From contig CAWFQL010000017.1 of NCBI GenBank assembly GCA_963817915.1, positions 276,308 to 340,307 of the forward strand: a stretch of DNA of 64,000 nt. Direction: 5' to 3'. The position numbers and the translations under genes were made by a program. The notes beneath the pieces were generated by a model, which was given only the letters and a program-made list of their open reading frames with translations, was not told where the DNA came from and ran no database searches. Origin of the DNA: an uncultured candidate division Zixibacteria bacterium (GTDB taxonomy: Bacteria; Zixibacteria; MSB-5A5; UBA10806). Shown in pieces: positions 43,700 through 52,849 of this stretch; positions within the stretch are counted from its first letter, which is position 1; every line of letters starts with the position of its first letter.

Positions 43700-44703
43700 G
43701 ATTCGATAGTCCGCAATTTCTTTGGATATATTTTGCTATTCCGGCTCTATTCCTGATCCTGTTATTAGGCGGGAAGCTCAAAAAATCAGCCCAAAACAAA
43801 TTTGGCCATTCGTCGACCGTTTCAAGATTATTCGGCCAATTGAATTTATCAACGCGGAATATATCTTTCATATTGCTTTTGGGCGGAATAGCTTTTGTTG
43901 TCACTGCCCTGGCTCGCCCGCAATACCCCGGGGGGGTTGAAAAAATCGAAGCTCGCGGCGGAAAAGTTGTCGTGGCCTTAGATATCTCGCTATCGATGCT
44001 GGCAAATGATTTTCAGCCCAACCGACTTGAGAAGGCCAAACGTGAGATAATCAGCTTAATCGAAAAGCTACAGGCCCAAACTCTTGGATTGGTCGTATTC
44101 GCCGGCGAGGCGTTTGTTCAATGTCCTCCGACTATCGATTATTCAGCATTCAGGATGTTTCTTGATGTCGCGGACGTAGGCATGATATCCGATACCGGGA
44201 CCAATTTGGCTGACGCAATCGATGTTTCCGCCAAGCTTCTCGATGATGGCTCGCCGATGGATAAGGCCATAATTATCTTCACTGATGGCGAATCATTTCA
44301 AGGCGATGCCGAAAAATCTGCTGACGAAGCCGCTAAAAAAGGAATAAAAGTCTATGCTGTCGGAATAGGAAGTCAAACCGGACGTCCGATTCCTGATTAC
44401 AAATCGAATGAAGGTTCATTAAAGAAGAATGACAGCGGCGAAATAGTCATATCACGCCTTGATGAAGCAAGCCTGACTAAAATCGCGGCTAATGGCAACG
44501 GAAAATACTTTACGGCTACTTCCGGCGAAAAAGAAATCGATGATCTTTTTGCGGATATTAAAGGATTAAAAGGGGAAGAGAAAGATAAGAAATTCAGAAC
44601 CCTATATAATGAAAAATACCGCTGGCTATTATTGCCGGGTGTATTGCTGATATCCGCCGCAATGTTTTTGCCGTTAAGCAAGGATGACGACTATGAAAAA
44701 TAG
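43696..44703 (+). CDS. batB: vWA-domain membrane protein BatB
   Basis: VVALDISLSM MIDAS motif, flanking TM segments, 4-nt ATGA overlap with batA. Confidence 0.75.
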   Translation: MRFDSPQFLWIYFAIPALFLILLLGGKLKKSAQNKFGHSSTVSRLFGQLNLSTRNISFILLLGGIAFVVTALARPQYPGGVEKIEARGGKVVVALDISLSMLANDFQPNRLEKAKREIISLIEKLQAQTLGLVVFAGEAFVQCPPTIDYSAFRMFLDVADVGMISDTGTNLADAIDVSAKLLDDGSPMDKAIIIFTDGESFQGDAEKSADEAAKKGIKVYAVGIGSQTGRPIPDYKSNEGSLKKNDSGEIVISRLDEASLTKIAANGNGKYFTATSGEKEIDDLFADIKGLKGEEKDKKFRTLYNEKYRWLLLPGVLLISAAMFLPLSKDDDYEK

Positions 44704-45427
44704 AATTCTATATGCCATAATTCTAATATTACCATTTACAAATGCGATAGCCGATGAATACCGCTCCAAAATCAATGATGGTTATGATTATTACAAAAAC
44801 GGCGAATACGAAAAGGCCGCGGATAATTTCAAACAGGCGGCGATTTTAAAACCCGATCGCGCGCTGCCGTTATTCGATAAAGGAACCGCGCTTTATAAAT
44901 CTAACGATTATGAAGGTGCCGCCAAGGAATTCGGCAGTACCAACGGCAAGATCGACAATAAGGATATCAAGAGCGATTCGTACTATAATATGGGCAATGC
45001 ATTATTTAAGGCGGGAAAATACGATGACGCCATAAAATCATATGTAGACGCGTTAAAGTTGAATCCCAAGGATAAGGATTATAAACATAATCTCGAGACT
45101 GCTCTTATAAAAAAACAAATCCAGCAACAGCAACAACAGCAACAAAAACAAGACCAGAATAAAGACAAAAATAAAGATCAGCAGAAGCAGGATCAACAGA
45201 AACAAGATCAGCAAAAACAGGACCAGCAGAAGAAAGATCAACAGCAAAATCAGCAGGACCAAAAGAAAGACGAGCAAAAAGATCAGCAGCAGGCCGGCGC
45301 CCAGGATAAAAAGATGTCAAAAGAACAGGCGCAACGACTATTGGCTCAGTTCGCCGAAGACGAAAAAGAAATTCAAAAGCAGTTAAAACAGGTAAATCTG
45401 AGGAGCCGTTCTCGTAATGATTGGTAG
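44684..45427 (+). CDS. batC: TPR-repeat protein BatC-like with a long Q/K/D-rich low-complexity tail
   Basis: Three TPR-like repeats (YYKNGEYEKAADNFKQA..., YYNMGNALFKAGKYDDAIKSYVDALKLNP). Then QQQQQQQKQDQNKDKNKDQQKQDQQKQDQQKQDQQKKDQQ... encoded by imperfect tandem DNA repeats. Confidence 0.6.
   Translation: MTTMKNRILYAIILILPFTNAIADEYRSKINDGYDYYKNGEYEKAADNFKQAAILKPDRALPLFDKGTALYKSNDYEGAAKEFGSTNGKIDNKDIKSDSYYNMGNALFKAGKYDDAIKSYVDALKLNPKDKDYKHNLETALIKKQIQQQQQQQQKQDQNKDKNKDQQKQDQQKQDQQKQDQQKKDQQQNQQDQKKDEQKDQQQAGAQDKKMSKEQAQRLLAQFAEDEKEIQKQLKQVNLRSRSRNDW
45121..45293 (+). repeat. Imperfect tandem repeat / low-complexity DNA (gatcagcaRaaRcagga) encoding the (DQQKQ)n tract of BatC
   Basis: Repeated gatcagcagaagcaggatcaacagaaacaagatcagcaaaaacaggaccagcag units visible in the sequence. 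Confidence 0.6.
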
Positions 45428-47201
45428 AAAAATAAAATATCTTCTGATTGGATTAATATCGATCGCGGCTACCTCTGTTTTTGGAGCGACTATTACGGCT
45501 TCTGTCGACCGCAATGATGTCGGAGTTGGCGAACAGATTGTCTTATCTATTTCTATATCAGGAAAAGGCGGAAGCCTTCCCGATCCCACTCTACCGGATC
45601 TTTCGCCATTTGAAGTATATTCATCCGGAAGAAGTCAAAATATTTCGATCGGCATGGGCGGATATGTCTCATCGGTCGAAATAAATTACGTTCTTGTACC
45701 CAAAAAGGCCGGTGACTTCATGATCGGGCCGGTGACAGTCAAGGACAATGGTGGAATTGTATCGACGCAACCGATAAAGATAACCGTACGCCAACAAAAC
45801 CAGAACGCTATCCCTCAACAGAAATCTTCCCAGGGAGCTAAATCCCAACCCGCGAGAAAAGGGGATGATTTCTTCATGGAACAATCGGTCGATAAGACAA
45901 ACCCCTATATAGGCGAACAAGTCGTCATTAGCGCCCGTTTTTATCAAGGTGTGAATTTATGGAATGCCCCGCAATGGGTCCTGCCAAAATATAATGGTTC
46001 TATTGCCGAAGACCTTCCGCCCGTTCCTCGCTATTATGTGAATATCAACGGAAGAAGATATTTAGTCACGGAATATAAAAGGGCAATTTTCCCCATCTTA
46101 TCCGGCCAGCTTACAATCGATTCCCCACAATTAACAATCAGGCCGGATGATTTCGGGGCCAATATGGATCCCTTCAGTTTTTTTAATCAAAACATGCGGG
46201 ATCTTTTCAAACGGGGCCAACCGAAGCTTATTACCGCTCCGCCCATAACGCTGCGAATACGTCAGCTGCCCGAAGCTGGCAAGCCCATTGATTTCGCCGG
46301 CGCAGTAGGGAAATTTAAAATCAATGTCGAGGCCGATAAGGACTCAGTTGGAGTCGATGAGCCGATAACTCTTAAATTCACTTTGGCAGGAACGGGTAAT
46401 ATAAAATCGATATCGACTATCAAATTACCCGAATTGCCGGATTTCAGGGTTTACGAATCTGGCAACACCGAATCCATTTCTAATACCAGTGGAGTCATCT
46501 CCGGTACCAAGACCTTCGAGCAGGCGGTAATACCGAAAACATCCGGGAAATTTATATTACCATCCGTTAAATTCAGCTATTTCGACCCCGGAGTCGGAGC
46601 TTATAAGACTGTCCAGACTCAATCGCTGAACGTGGTGGCGAGCGGGCAGGGCTTATCGGATGTTGGAGGTGCTCCAAAAAATATTATAGGCACGGCGCAG
46701 AAATCATTTGGGTACATTATTACCGATTTCTCCAGGCCATCAAGTCGGCTGGAGCTGGCCGGCAGTTTTTGGTTTTGGATTCTACAGATATTACCTTTGG
46801 GTGGGATAGTTGCCGCTTTCATTTATAAATCCCACTATCGAAAATTGCTAACCGATAAAAACTATGCGCGCAAAATCAACGCCGGCAGGAATCTTAAAAT
46901 ATTATTTAAGAAAGCCGAGACCAGCAAGACTAACAGCCAGTTTGCGGAATTTTACGAAAATATAAATGATGCCATACTTGGCTTTGTGGCCGACCGATTA
47001 GGTTTTGAAAAATCAGGACTGACAATAGACAGCCTAAAAAGTGAAGATCGAATTGATATTGCGCTTCGAAATAATCTAACGTCGTTTCTGGAAATATGTC
47101 AGACGGCACGTTTCTCACCTCAGGGATTCAGCGCCATGAGAACCGGCGGAATATTAAATGATGCCCAAAATCTCATAAGCCGTCTGGAGAAATCATTATG
47201 A
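45417..47201 (+). CDS. batD: BatD-like oxygen-tolerance protein (secreted, C-terminal TM anchor)
   Basis: Signal peptide, ~590 aa, a TM segment near the C-terminus (FWFWILQILPLGGIVAAFIY), position after batC. Confidence 0.55.
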   Translation: MIGRKIKYLLIGLISIAATSVFGATITASVDRNDVGVGEQIVLSISISGKGGSLPDPTLPDLSPFEVYSSGRSQNISIGMGGYVSSVEINYVLVPKKAGDFMIGPVTVKDNGGIVSTQPIKITVRQQNQNAIPQQKSSQGAKSQPARKGDDFFMEQSVDKTNPYIGEQVVISARFYQGVNLWNAPQWVLPKYNGSIAEDLPPVPRYYVNINGRRYLVTEYKRAIFPILSGQLTIDSPQLTIRPDDFGANMDPFSFFNQNMRDLFKRGQPKLITAPPITLRIRQLPEAGKPIDFAGAVGKFKINVEADKDSVGVDEPITLKFTLAGTGNIKSISTIKLPELPDFRVYESGNTESISNTSGVISGTKTFEQAVIPKTSGKFILPSVKFSYFDPGVGAYKTVQTQSLNVVASGQGLSDVGGAPKNIIGTAQKSFGYIITDFSRPSSRLELAGSFWFWILQILPLGGIVAAFIYKSHYRKLLTDKNYARKINAGRNLKILFKKAETSKTNSQFAEFYENINDAILGFVADRLGFEKSGLTIDSLKSEDRIDIALRNNLTSFLEICQTARFSPQGFSAMRTGGILNDAQNLISRLEKSL

Positions 47202-47954
47202 GAAAAACGCTATTGGGTATTTTCCTGTTTATAACGATATTCTCGATCTCAGGCTTTCGCGCAGGATAATAATACACTTTGGAAAAATGCTGCGGATGAA
47301 TATGATAGAAGCCAATATGACCAGGCCATTGATAATTACAATCGTCTCCTTGAAAGGGGCTATATTAACCCTGAGATATACTATAATATTGGTAATTCGT
47401 ATTTTAAGAATGGCGATGTCGGTCGGGCGATCTGGGCGTATCGGCGCGCCTTGATCATCAATCCCGATTTTAAACCGGCCAAGGCCAATCTCGCTTATGT
47501 TAGATCGTTCAATACTGATCAGATCGAAATCGGGAAAAAAGGATTTATCCTGGATATCTGGGATTTTTTGACGGGGCTTTTTTCCACAAATGGGTTCCTC
47601 ATACTCTTTTGCATTGTATGGTGGACTCTGGTATTGTTATTGGCATATATTATTATTAGGCTGGATAGATCGTCGTGGCCATATTATTTCTTGATAGTCT
47701 CAATCATAGTTGTTATCTTTTCAGGCGCCTCCGCGGCCCGACGAATTCATGATGACAAACTTACAAGGTGGGGGGTGATTGTCGCGTTATCGGCCGATAT
47801 CAGGGAAGGGCCCGGCGACGAATTCAATAAAATCGAAATTGGCCACGAAGGTCTGGAATGTATTATTCTGAGCGAACGTGAAAATAACTATTTAATAGAA
47901 CTTGGAAACGGTCTCAAGGGATGGGTACAGAAAAAATCCGTGCTTGAAATTTGA
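47198..47954 (+). CDS. batE: BatE-like TPR + SH3b protein, interrupted by an apparent frameshift near 47265
   Basis: The ATG at 47198 overlaps the batD stop and encodes signal peptide MRKTLLGIFLFITIFSISGF, then stops. The next frame continues AQDNNTLWKNAADEYD...TPR...TM..., ending in an SH3b-like domain (called ORF 47451..47954). Confidence 0.55.
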
Positions 47955-49009
47955 AATCTTCTAAGATAAAAAAACTGCTCGGTCTATTGCTGGCAATAGC
48001 ACTCCTTGTATATTGTTTTTATGATTTTGATTTTGACAGCGTCATAAAAGCAATCTCGAAAATAGACTATTACTATCTGATACCTCTAGTCTTCATGGAA
48101 GCGTTTATAGCCTTTGTTCGCGCAGTTCGGCTTAAATACATAATCGATCCTGTTAAGCATGTCTCTATAGTGGCGCTTTATCCGATTTACTGTATCGGTA
48201 TGATGACAAATCTTATAATGCCGTATCTTACCGGACAGGTCGCAAGGATTTATCTCCTCAGTAAAAAGACTCGTTTAAAGAAGGCATTTTTGGTGACCAA
48301 TACGGTTCTTGAAGTGCTGTTTGACGCTTTGACGTTGATCGGAATGGTAATGGTTATTTCGCTGTTTTTCGCGCTTCCTCAGAATTTTGGCGCCTGGTAT
48401 ATCATAATATTGGCCGGGGCGATATTATTGCTCTATATCGGATTATTCATATTATCCCGATCCCGCGGAAAAAGCAGTCGTCTTTATAGTTTCATTACTC
48501 TAAAATTGCCAGTGGCTGCCAAGAAGAAAATCGACGAAATCAGAAATTCGATCCTTTCCGGCCTTGAGACCTTAAAAAGCACCAGACACTTCATGCTGGT
48601 TTCCGCCTTATCCATATTGTCATGGCTGTGCCAGGCCGGGATTGTTTATCTACTTATATTGGCGTTCGGCTTTCCAATATCGATATGGGGAGCGGTAGTA
48701 ATCACGATCGTGGTGACGCTGATGATGACCATAGTTATTTCCCCGGTCAATATCGGCACTTTCCAGGGTGCTACCGTTGCCGCACTGCATCCATTTGGAA
48801 TAGATAAATCATCAGCGCTTGCATTTTCGTTTTTGCTCCATATTGCGGTCTATATTCCGCCGATAATTCTTGGAGCCCTTTTTTCATTCAAGGAAGGGCT
48901 GACTTTTAAGCAATTGCATGATGAAGGCGAAAAGGGGGTTGGCAGTATCGAGCTTCAACCATCTACTGTTCCTCATAAGGCCAAACGAAGCAGTTCCCAT
49001 GACGAATAG
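47951..49009 (+). CDS. Integral membrane protein of the lysylphosphatidylglycerol-synthase TM-region / UPF0104 (flippase-like) family
   Basis: About 8 predicted TM helices; N-terminal LLAIALLVYCFYDFDF...LIPLVFMEAFIAFVRAVRLKYII pattern typical of UPF0104. Confidence 0.5.
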   Translation: MKSSKIKKLLGLLLAIALLVYCFYDFDFDSVIKAISKIDYYYLIPLVFMEAFIAFVRAVRLKYIIDPVKHVSIVALYPIYCIGMMTNLIMPYLTGQVARIYLLSKKTRLKKAFLVTNTVLEVLFDALTLIGMVMVISLFFALPQNFGAWYIIILAGAILLLYIGLFILSRSRGKSSRLYSFITLKLPVAAKKKIDEIRNSILSGLETLKSTRHFMLVSALSILSWLCQAGIVYLLILAFGFPISIWGAVVITIVVTLMMTIVISPVNIGTFQGATVAALHPFGIDKSSALAFSFLLHIAVYIPPIILGALFSFKEGLTFKQLHDEGEKGVGSIELQPSTVPHKAKRSSSHDE

Positions 49010-49069
49010 ATCGTTTATTATTTGCAGACTTTGAACAGTATTTTCCATAATATCACTACATAAATCCAG

Positions 49070-49759
49070 ATGAATAAACTGCAGATTACTAAAAAGATTG
49101 TCTCGATTGACGGCGTTTTGGAGAGCATGTACGGTCCCAAGAAAAGGACAAAATTCACAGCGCCCGTAGATGAATTGATTTTAACTATCCTTTCACAGAA
49201 TACCAACGATATCAATCGCGATAAAGCCTATAATTCATTAAGGGCAATATTCCCTGCATGGAGCGATGTGGCTGAGGCGAAAAAAACTGAAATAGCCAAA
49301 GCAATCAAGGTCGGCGGGCTGGCAAATATAAAATCGGGACGGATCAAGAGCATATTAGGGCAAATTGGCAAACTCTCACCGGATTACAGCCTGTCTTTTT
49401 TGAAAGATATGGGTGATAAAGCCATAATGGAATTTCTGCTTAAATTCGATGGAGTAGGTCCCAAAACCGCATCATGTGTCCTATTGTTTTCCCTCGGCCG
49501 AAAAGCGATGCCGGTTGATACGCATGTCTATAGAATTGGGCAGAGGTTAGGAATAATTCCTGATGATGCTGATGTGGAGAAGGCTCATCAATGGTTCCAT
49601 GATTTGAATCCCGATGTTGATATTCTTAAGCTTCATCTGAATCTAATTCAACATGGCCGAATTCTTTGCCGCCCCAGGAATCCCAAATGCGGGAACTGCC
49701 AATTAAGAAAATATTGCCTTTATTTTAAGCAAATGGCGCCAAAACAGTCAAAATCATGA
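49070..49759 (+). CDS. nth: Endonuclease III-like HhH-GPD base-excision DNA glycosylase with [4Fe-4S] cluster loop
   Basis: HhH-GPD motif FDGVGPKTASCVLLF...PVDTHV; C-terminal CRPRNPKCGNCQLRKYC (C-x6-C-x2-C-x5-C). Confidence 0.7.
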   Translation: MNKLQITKKIVSIDGVLESMYGPKKRTKFTAPVDELILTILSQNTNDINRDKAYNSLRAIFPAWSDVAEAKKTEIAKAIKVGGLANIKSGRIKSILGQIGKLSPDYSLSFLKDMGDKAIMEFLLKFDGVGPKTASCVLLFSLGRKAMPVDTHVYRIGQRLGIIPDDADVEKAHQWFHDLNPDVDILKLHLNLIQHGRILCRPRNPKCGNCQLRKYCLYFKQMAPKQSKS

Positions 49760-49830
49760 TAATGATATTTAATTGACACATACGCACATGATTGCTATTT
49801 TAAGATAACATATGATAGTGGAGAAATAGA

Positions 49831-50310
49831 ATGGACAACGTGAATGTAATCAGAACGGGGTTTTTTGCGCCGGATTTTTCGCTTCCCGATAGCGAAGGGC
49901 ACATGGTGTCTCTAAAGGAAAATTTAGCGAATAGTTTCGTCTGCCTGTGCTTTTTCCCGGATGGCGACAATGACAAAATTAACGGCATTCTTAAGGATCT
50001 CAATTCAGATATGCCCAAAACAGCCGCCGGTTTGCTGGTGAATATACTCGCAGTCTCACCCGAAAAAGTATTCCGCCTTAAAGCGCTAAAGGATAAATTG
50101 AAAATAAATTTCCCGCTCCTTTCGGATCTAAAATTAAAAGCGGCCAAACAATATTATGTTGTTGACTCAAATAGCTTGAAACGAAATGTACACTTTTCCG
50201 TATTTATTATCGATGATGCCGGAATTGTTCGGCATCGTTTTAGTGAAGTAATTGGTGTTTCGAAATTTGCGATGGAGAATTTGAAGATAGAAATTGCTAA
50301 GCTGCTTTAA
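49831..50310 (+). CDS. Thioredoxin-fold redoxin/AhpC-TSA-like protein (tentative)
   Basis: FFAPDFSLPDSEGHMVSLKE...FVCLCFFPDG resembles the peroxiredoxin N-terminus, but there is no canonical CPTE-type motif. Confidence 0.35.
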   Translation: MDNVNVIRTGFFAPDFSLPDSEGHMVSLKENLANSFVCLCFFPDGDNDKINGILKDLNSDMPKTAAGLLVNILAVSPEKVFRLKALKDKLKINFPLLSDLKLKAAKQYYVVDSNSLKRNVHFSVFIIDDAGIVRHRFSEVIGVSKFAMENLKIEIAKLL

Positions 50311-50385
50311 ATTTCTGAAACGATAATCACAAAAAAGCGGTTTATACTCGATCCGGGCATCTGCCCGTTTTGATATAGGTAGGAA

Positions 50386-51750
50386 ATGATGATGAAAAAA
50401 AGTATTTGGTCCCCGGGAATATATCTAATTCTAGCATTTTTAATACTATCTAATGGCCATGATGCCGTCAAGGCCGATGAAATATTGGCGGTGGATTTGA
50501 AGTCAGCTATCAATATGGCGGTCGAACATAATGAGAATTATCAGATCGCCAAAAAGGAAGTAGATAAAGCCGACGGCAAAGTGATGGAAGCTACATCAGG
50601 CGCGTTTCCGCAAATCACCAGCGGCATAACCTGGATGCATAACTGGGAAGTCCCTGTCGCGGTATTCAGCATGAATGGCGAACAAACTCGGATTAAATTT
50701 GGCACCGCCAATAATTATACCGCCGATCTGACTCTTACTCAGCCAATTTATGCCGGAGGCAGAACCTTCACTGCGCTGAGAATTGCCAAACTGTATAAGC
50801 GGCTTGCACATGAAATGTTGAGCCAGGCGAGACAGGATTTGAAGGTTCAAGTATATAATGGTTTCTATGGGGCTTTGCTGGCAAATGATGTACGGCTTGT
50901 CAACGAAGAATCAAAAAAAGTCGCGGACGAAAACCTCGATGTGGTCACAAAAATGTATAATCAGGGTATGGTGGCGGAGTATGATTTTTTGAGGGCGAAA
51001 GTAGAAGTTGCCAATCTTGAACCAGCAGTGATAAAAGCCAAAAATGACGCCGAAGTCGCCATGAACGCGTTCAAGAATTTGCTGGGATTGCCTTTGGATT
51101 CCCAAATTGAATTGAAGGCAGATTACGATTCATCACTATTTATTCTTCCGCCCGTTGATGATTCATCGGCACAGGCGGAGCTGCTAGCCAATCGACCCGA
51201 AATAAGGATGAGTGATTTGCAGTCTCAGATGCTAAAGCAGGCGGTCTCGATTTCAATGTCAGGCTATCGGCCCTCGCTGTATTTTTCCACCAGCCTGCAA
51301 TATTCCGCTCAATTTGATTACGGCAGCGTATTTGATCAATCCTGGGCTCGGAGTATTACCAGTGTGTTGTCATTTACAATGCCGATATTCGATTCATGGA
51401 AAACACCAAGCCAGGTAAAGCAGGCTCGGATTGACTATAAACAAAGTCTGCTCCAAGAAGATGCAACAAAAAAAGCGATGATTCTGGCATTCCAACAAAG
51501 CCGCGGCAATTATCATGAAGCCAGAAACAGATTGTCGGCTCAGGGCAACGCTGTCGAATTGGCCAAAAGAGGCCTGAGCATTGCCAAAGTCAGGTATGAA
51601 AGCGGAGTCGGGACACAATTGGAATTTTCCGATGCCAGACTATCGCTTTCAATGGCTGAAATTAATAAGGCTGTCGCTTTTCATGATCTGGCTGTCAATT
51701 ATGTTGCCTTGATGAGAGCGTTAGGAAGAGAATTAGAACCTGTGAATTAG
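50386..51750 (+). CDS. TolC/OprM-family outer-membrane efflux protein
   Basis: Signal peptide; two internally repeated OEP halves; ~450 aa; upstream of MFP and RND genes. Confidence 0.75.
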   Translation: MMMKKSIWSPGIYLILAFLILSNGHDAVKADEILAVDLKSAINMAVEHNENYQIAKKEVDKADGKVMEATSGAFPQITSGITWMHNWEVPVAVFSMNGEQTRIKFGTANNYTADLTLTQPIYAGGRTFTALRIAKLYKRLAHEMLSQARQDLKVQVYNGFYGALLANDVRLVNEESKKVADENLDVVTKMYNQGMVAEYDFLRAKVEVANLEPAVIKAKNDAEVAMNAFKNLLGLPLDSQIELKADYDSSLFILPPVDDSSAQAELLANRPEIRMSDLQSQMLKQAVSISMSGYRPSLYFSTSLQYSAQFDYGSVFDQSWARSITSVLSFTMPIFDSWKTPSQVKQARIDYKQSLLQEDATKKAMILAFQQSRGNYHEARNRLSAQGNAVELAKRGLSIAKVRYESGVGTQLEFSDARLSLSMAEINKAVAFHDLAVNYVALMRALGRELEPVN

Positions 51751-51773
51751 AATATAGATGAAGGATTATTAAG

Positions 51774-52844
51774 ATGAAAAAGACAGTTTTATCATTATTG
51801 ATCATAGCGGTTATTGCATCAATTGTTGCTTGCGGGGGCAAGAAGCAGGAGATTGTTAAAGAAGAAAAGCCGGTGGCCGTGACAGTCGCTTTGGCACAGC
51901 CGCGCGATATTTCAATAGAAAAATCCTATAGCGGCTCGCTTGAGGGAATAAGGCAGGCCAATATATACGCTTCGATCCCCGAAGCCGTAGTGGAATTGCC
52001 GTATGGCAAGGGGAACAGGGTCGAGGCCGGTCAGCCGGTGATATTGCTCGATAAAAATGGAGTGGCATCACAATATAAACAGGCCTATGCCGGTTTTGTG
52101 AATGCGAAAGACAATTATGAAAAGATGGGCAAGCTATTCGCCCAGGGTGCAATTTCGGAGCAGACATATAACGGAGTTAAAACGGCATTCGAAGTAGCTC
52201 AGGCCAATTATGCCTCGGCGCGCCAGCAGGTCGAATTGACGACTCCAATCTCCGGAGTACTAACTGATCTATCGGTTAATGTTGGCGACTATGTTCATCT
52301 TGGTGTGCCGTTAGCCACGATAGCGCAAACCGATAAAATGAGAATGACTATTTTTGTTGAAAGCCGAGGCGCAAGCTATATCAATAAAGGCCAGGACGCC
52401 AGAGTATTAGTCGATCTCGCCGGTAGTACTCCTTATCAATCGGCAGGCGTTGTTTCCGAAGTATCCAAATCCGCCGATCCCGCTACTCGCATGTTCAGGG
52501 TTGAGATTCAAATTGATAATAAAGAAAATTTGCTGAGGCCTGGCATGTTTGCGAAGGCATCGATCATCGTAAATGAGCTTAAAGATGTCCTGGTGGTTCC
52601 TAAAGAATCAGTCTATTCCATAGAAGGAGTATTCAAGACATTTAAGCTTGAGGGGGATAGAGCCAAAGAGGTCACGGTCACTGTCGGAGAATCAACCAAC
52701 GGTTACTATCAAATAACATCAGGCTTGAATATTAATGATAGCGTGATTGTGCTGGGCAGGACCGTGGTGATCGATGGTTCATTGGTAAAGGTTATCTCTG
52801 ATTCATTGGGCGCGTCGTATAGCGACAGCAAGCAAGAAGGTTAG
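51774..52844 (+). CDS. RND efflux periplasmic adaptor (membrane fusion protein, HlyD family) lipoprotein
   Basis: Lipobox IVACGG; biotinyl/lipoyl-like and beta-barrel MFP motifs; operon context. Confidence 0.8.
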   Translation: MKKTVLSLLIIAVIASIVACGGKKQEIVKEEKPVAVTVALAQPRDISIEKSYSGSLEGIRQANIYASIPEAVVELPYGKGNRVEAGQPVILLDKNGVASQYKQAYAGFVNAKDNYEKMGKLFAQGAISEQTYNGVKTAFEVAQANYASARQQVELTTPISGVLTDLSVNVGDYVHLGVPLATIAQTDKMRMTIFVESRGASYINKGQDARVLVDLAGSTPYQSAGVVSEVSKSADPATRMFRVEIQIDNKENLLRPGMFAKASIIVNELKDVLVVPKESVYSIEGVFKTFKLEGDRAKEVTVTVGESTNGYYQITSGLNINDSVIVLGRTVVIDGSLVKVISDSLGASYSDSKQEG

Positions 52845-52849
52845 TCGAT

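Noticed and set aside
45105-45320. Minus-strand ORFs and repeat periodicity in the BatC Q/K-rich region (possible CRISPR or minisatellite)
   Set aside because: The repeats are imperfect codon-level repeats inside a coding TPR protein, with no spacer/repeat architecture. The antisense ORFs are artefacts of low-complexity sequence.
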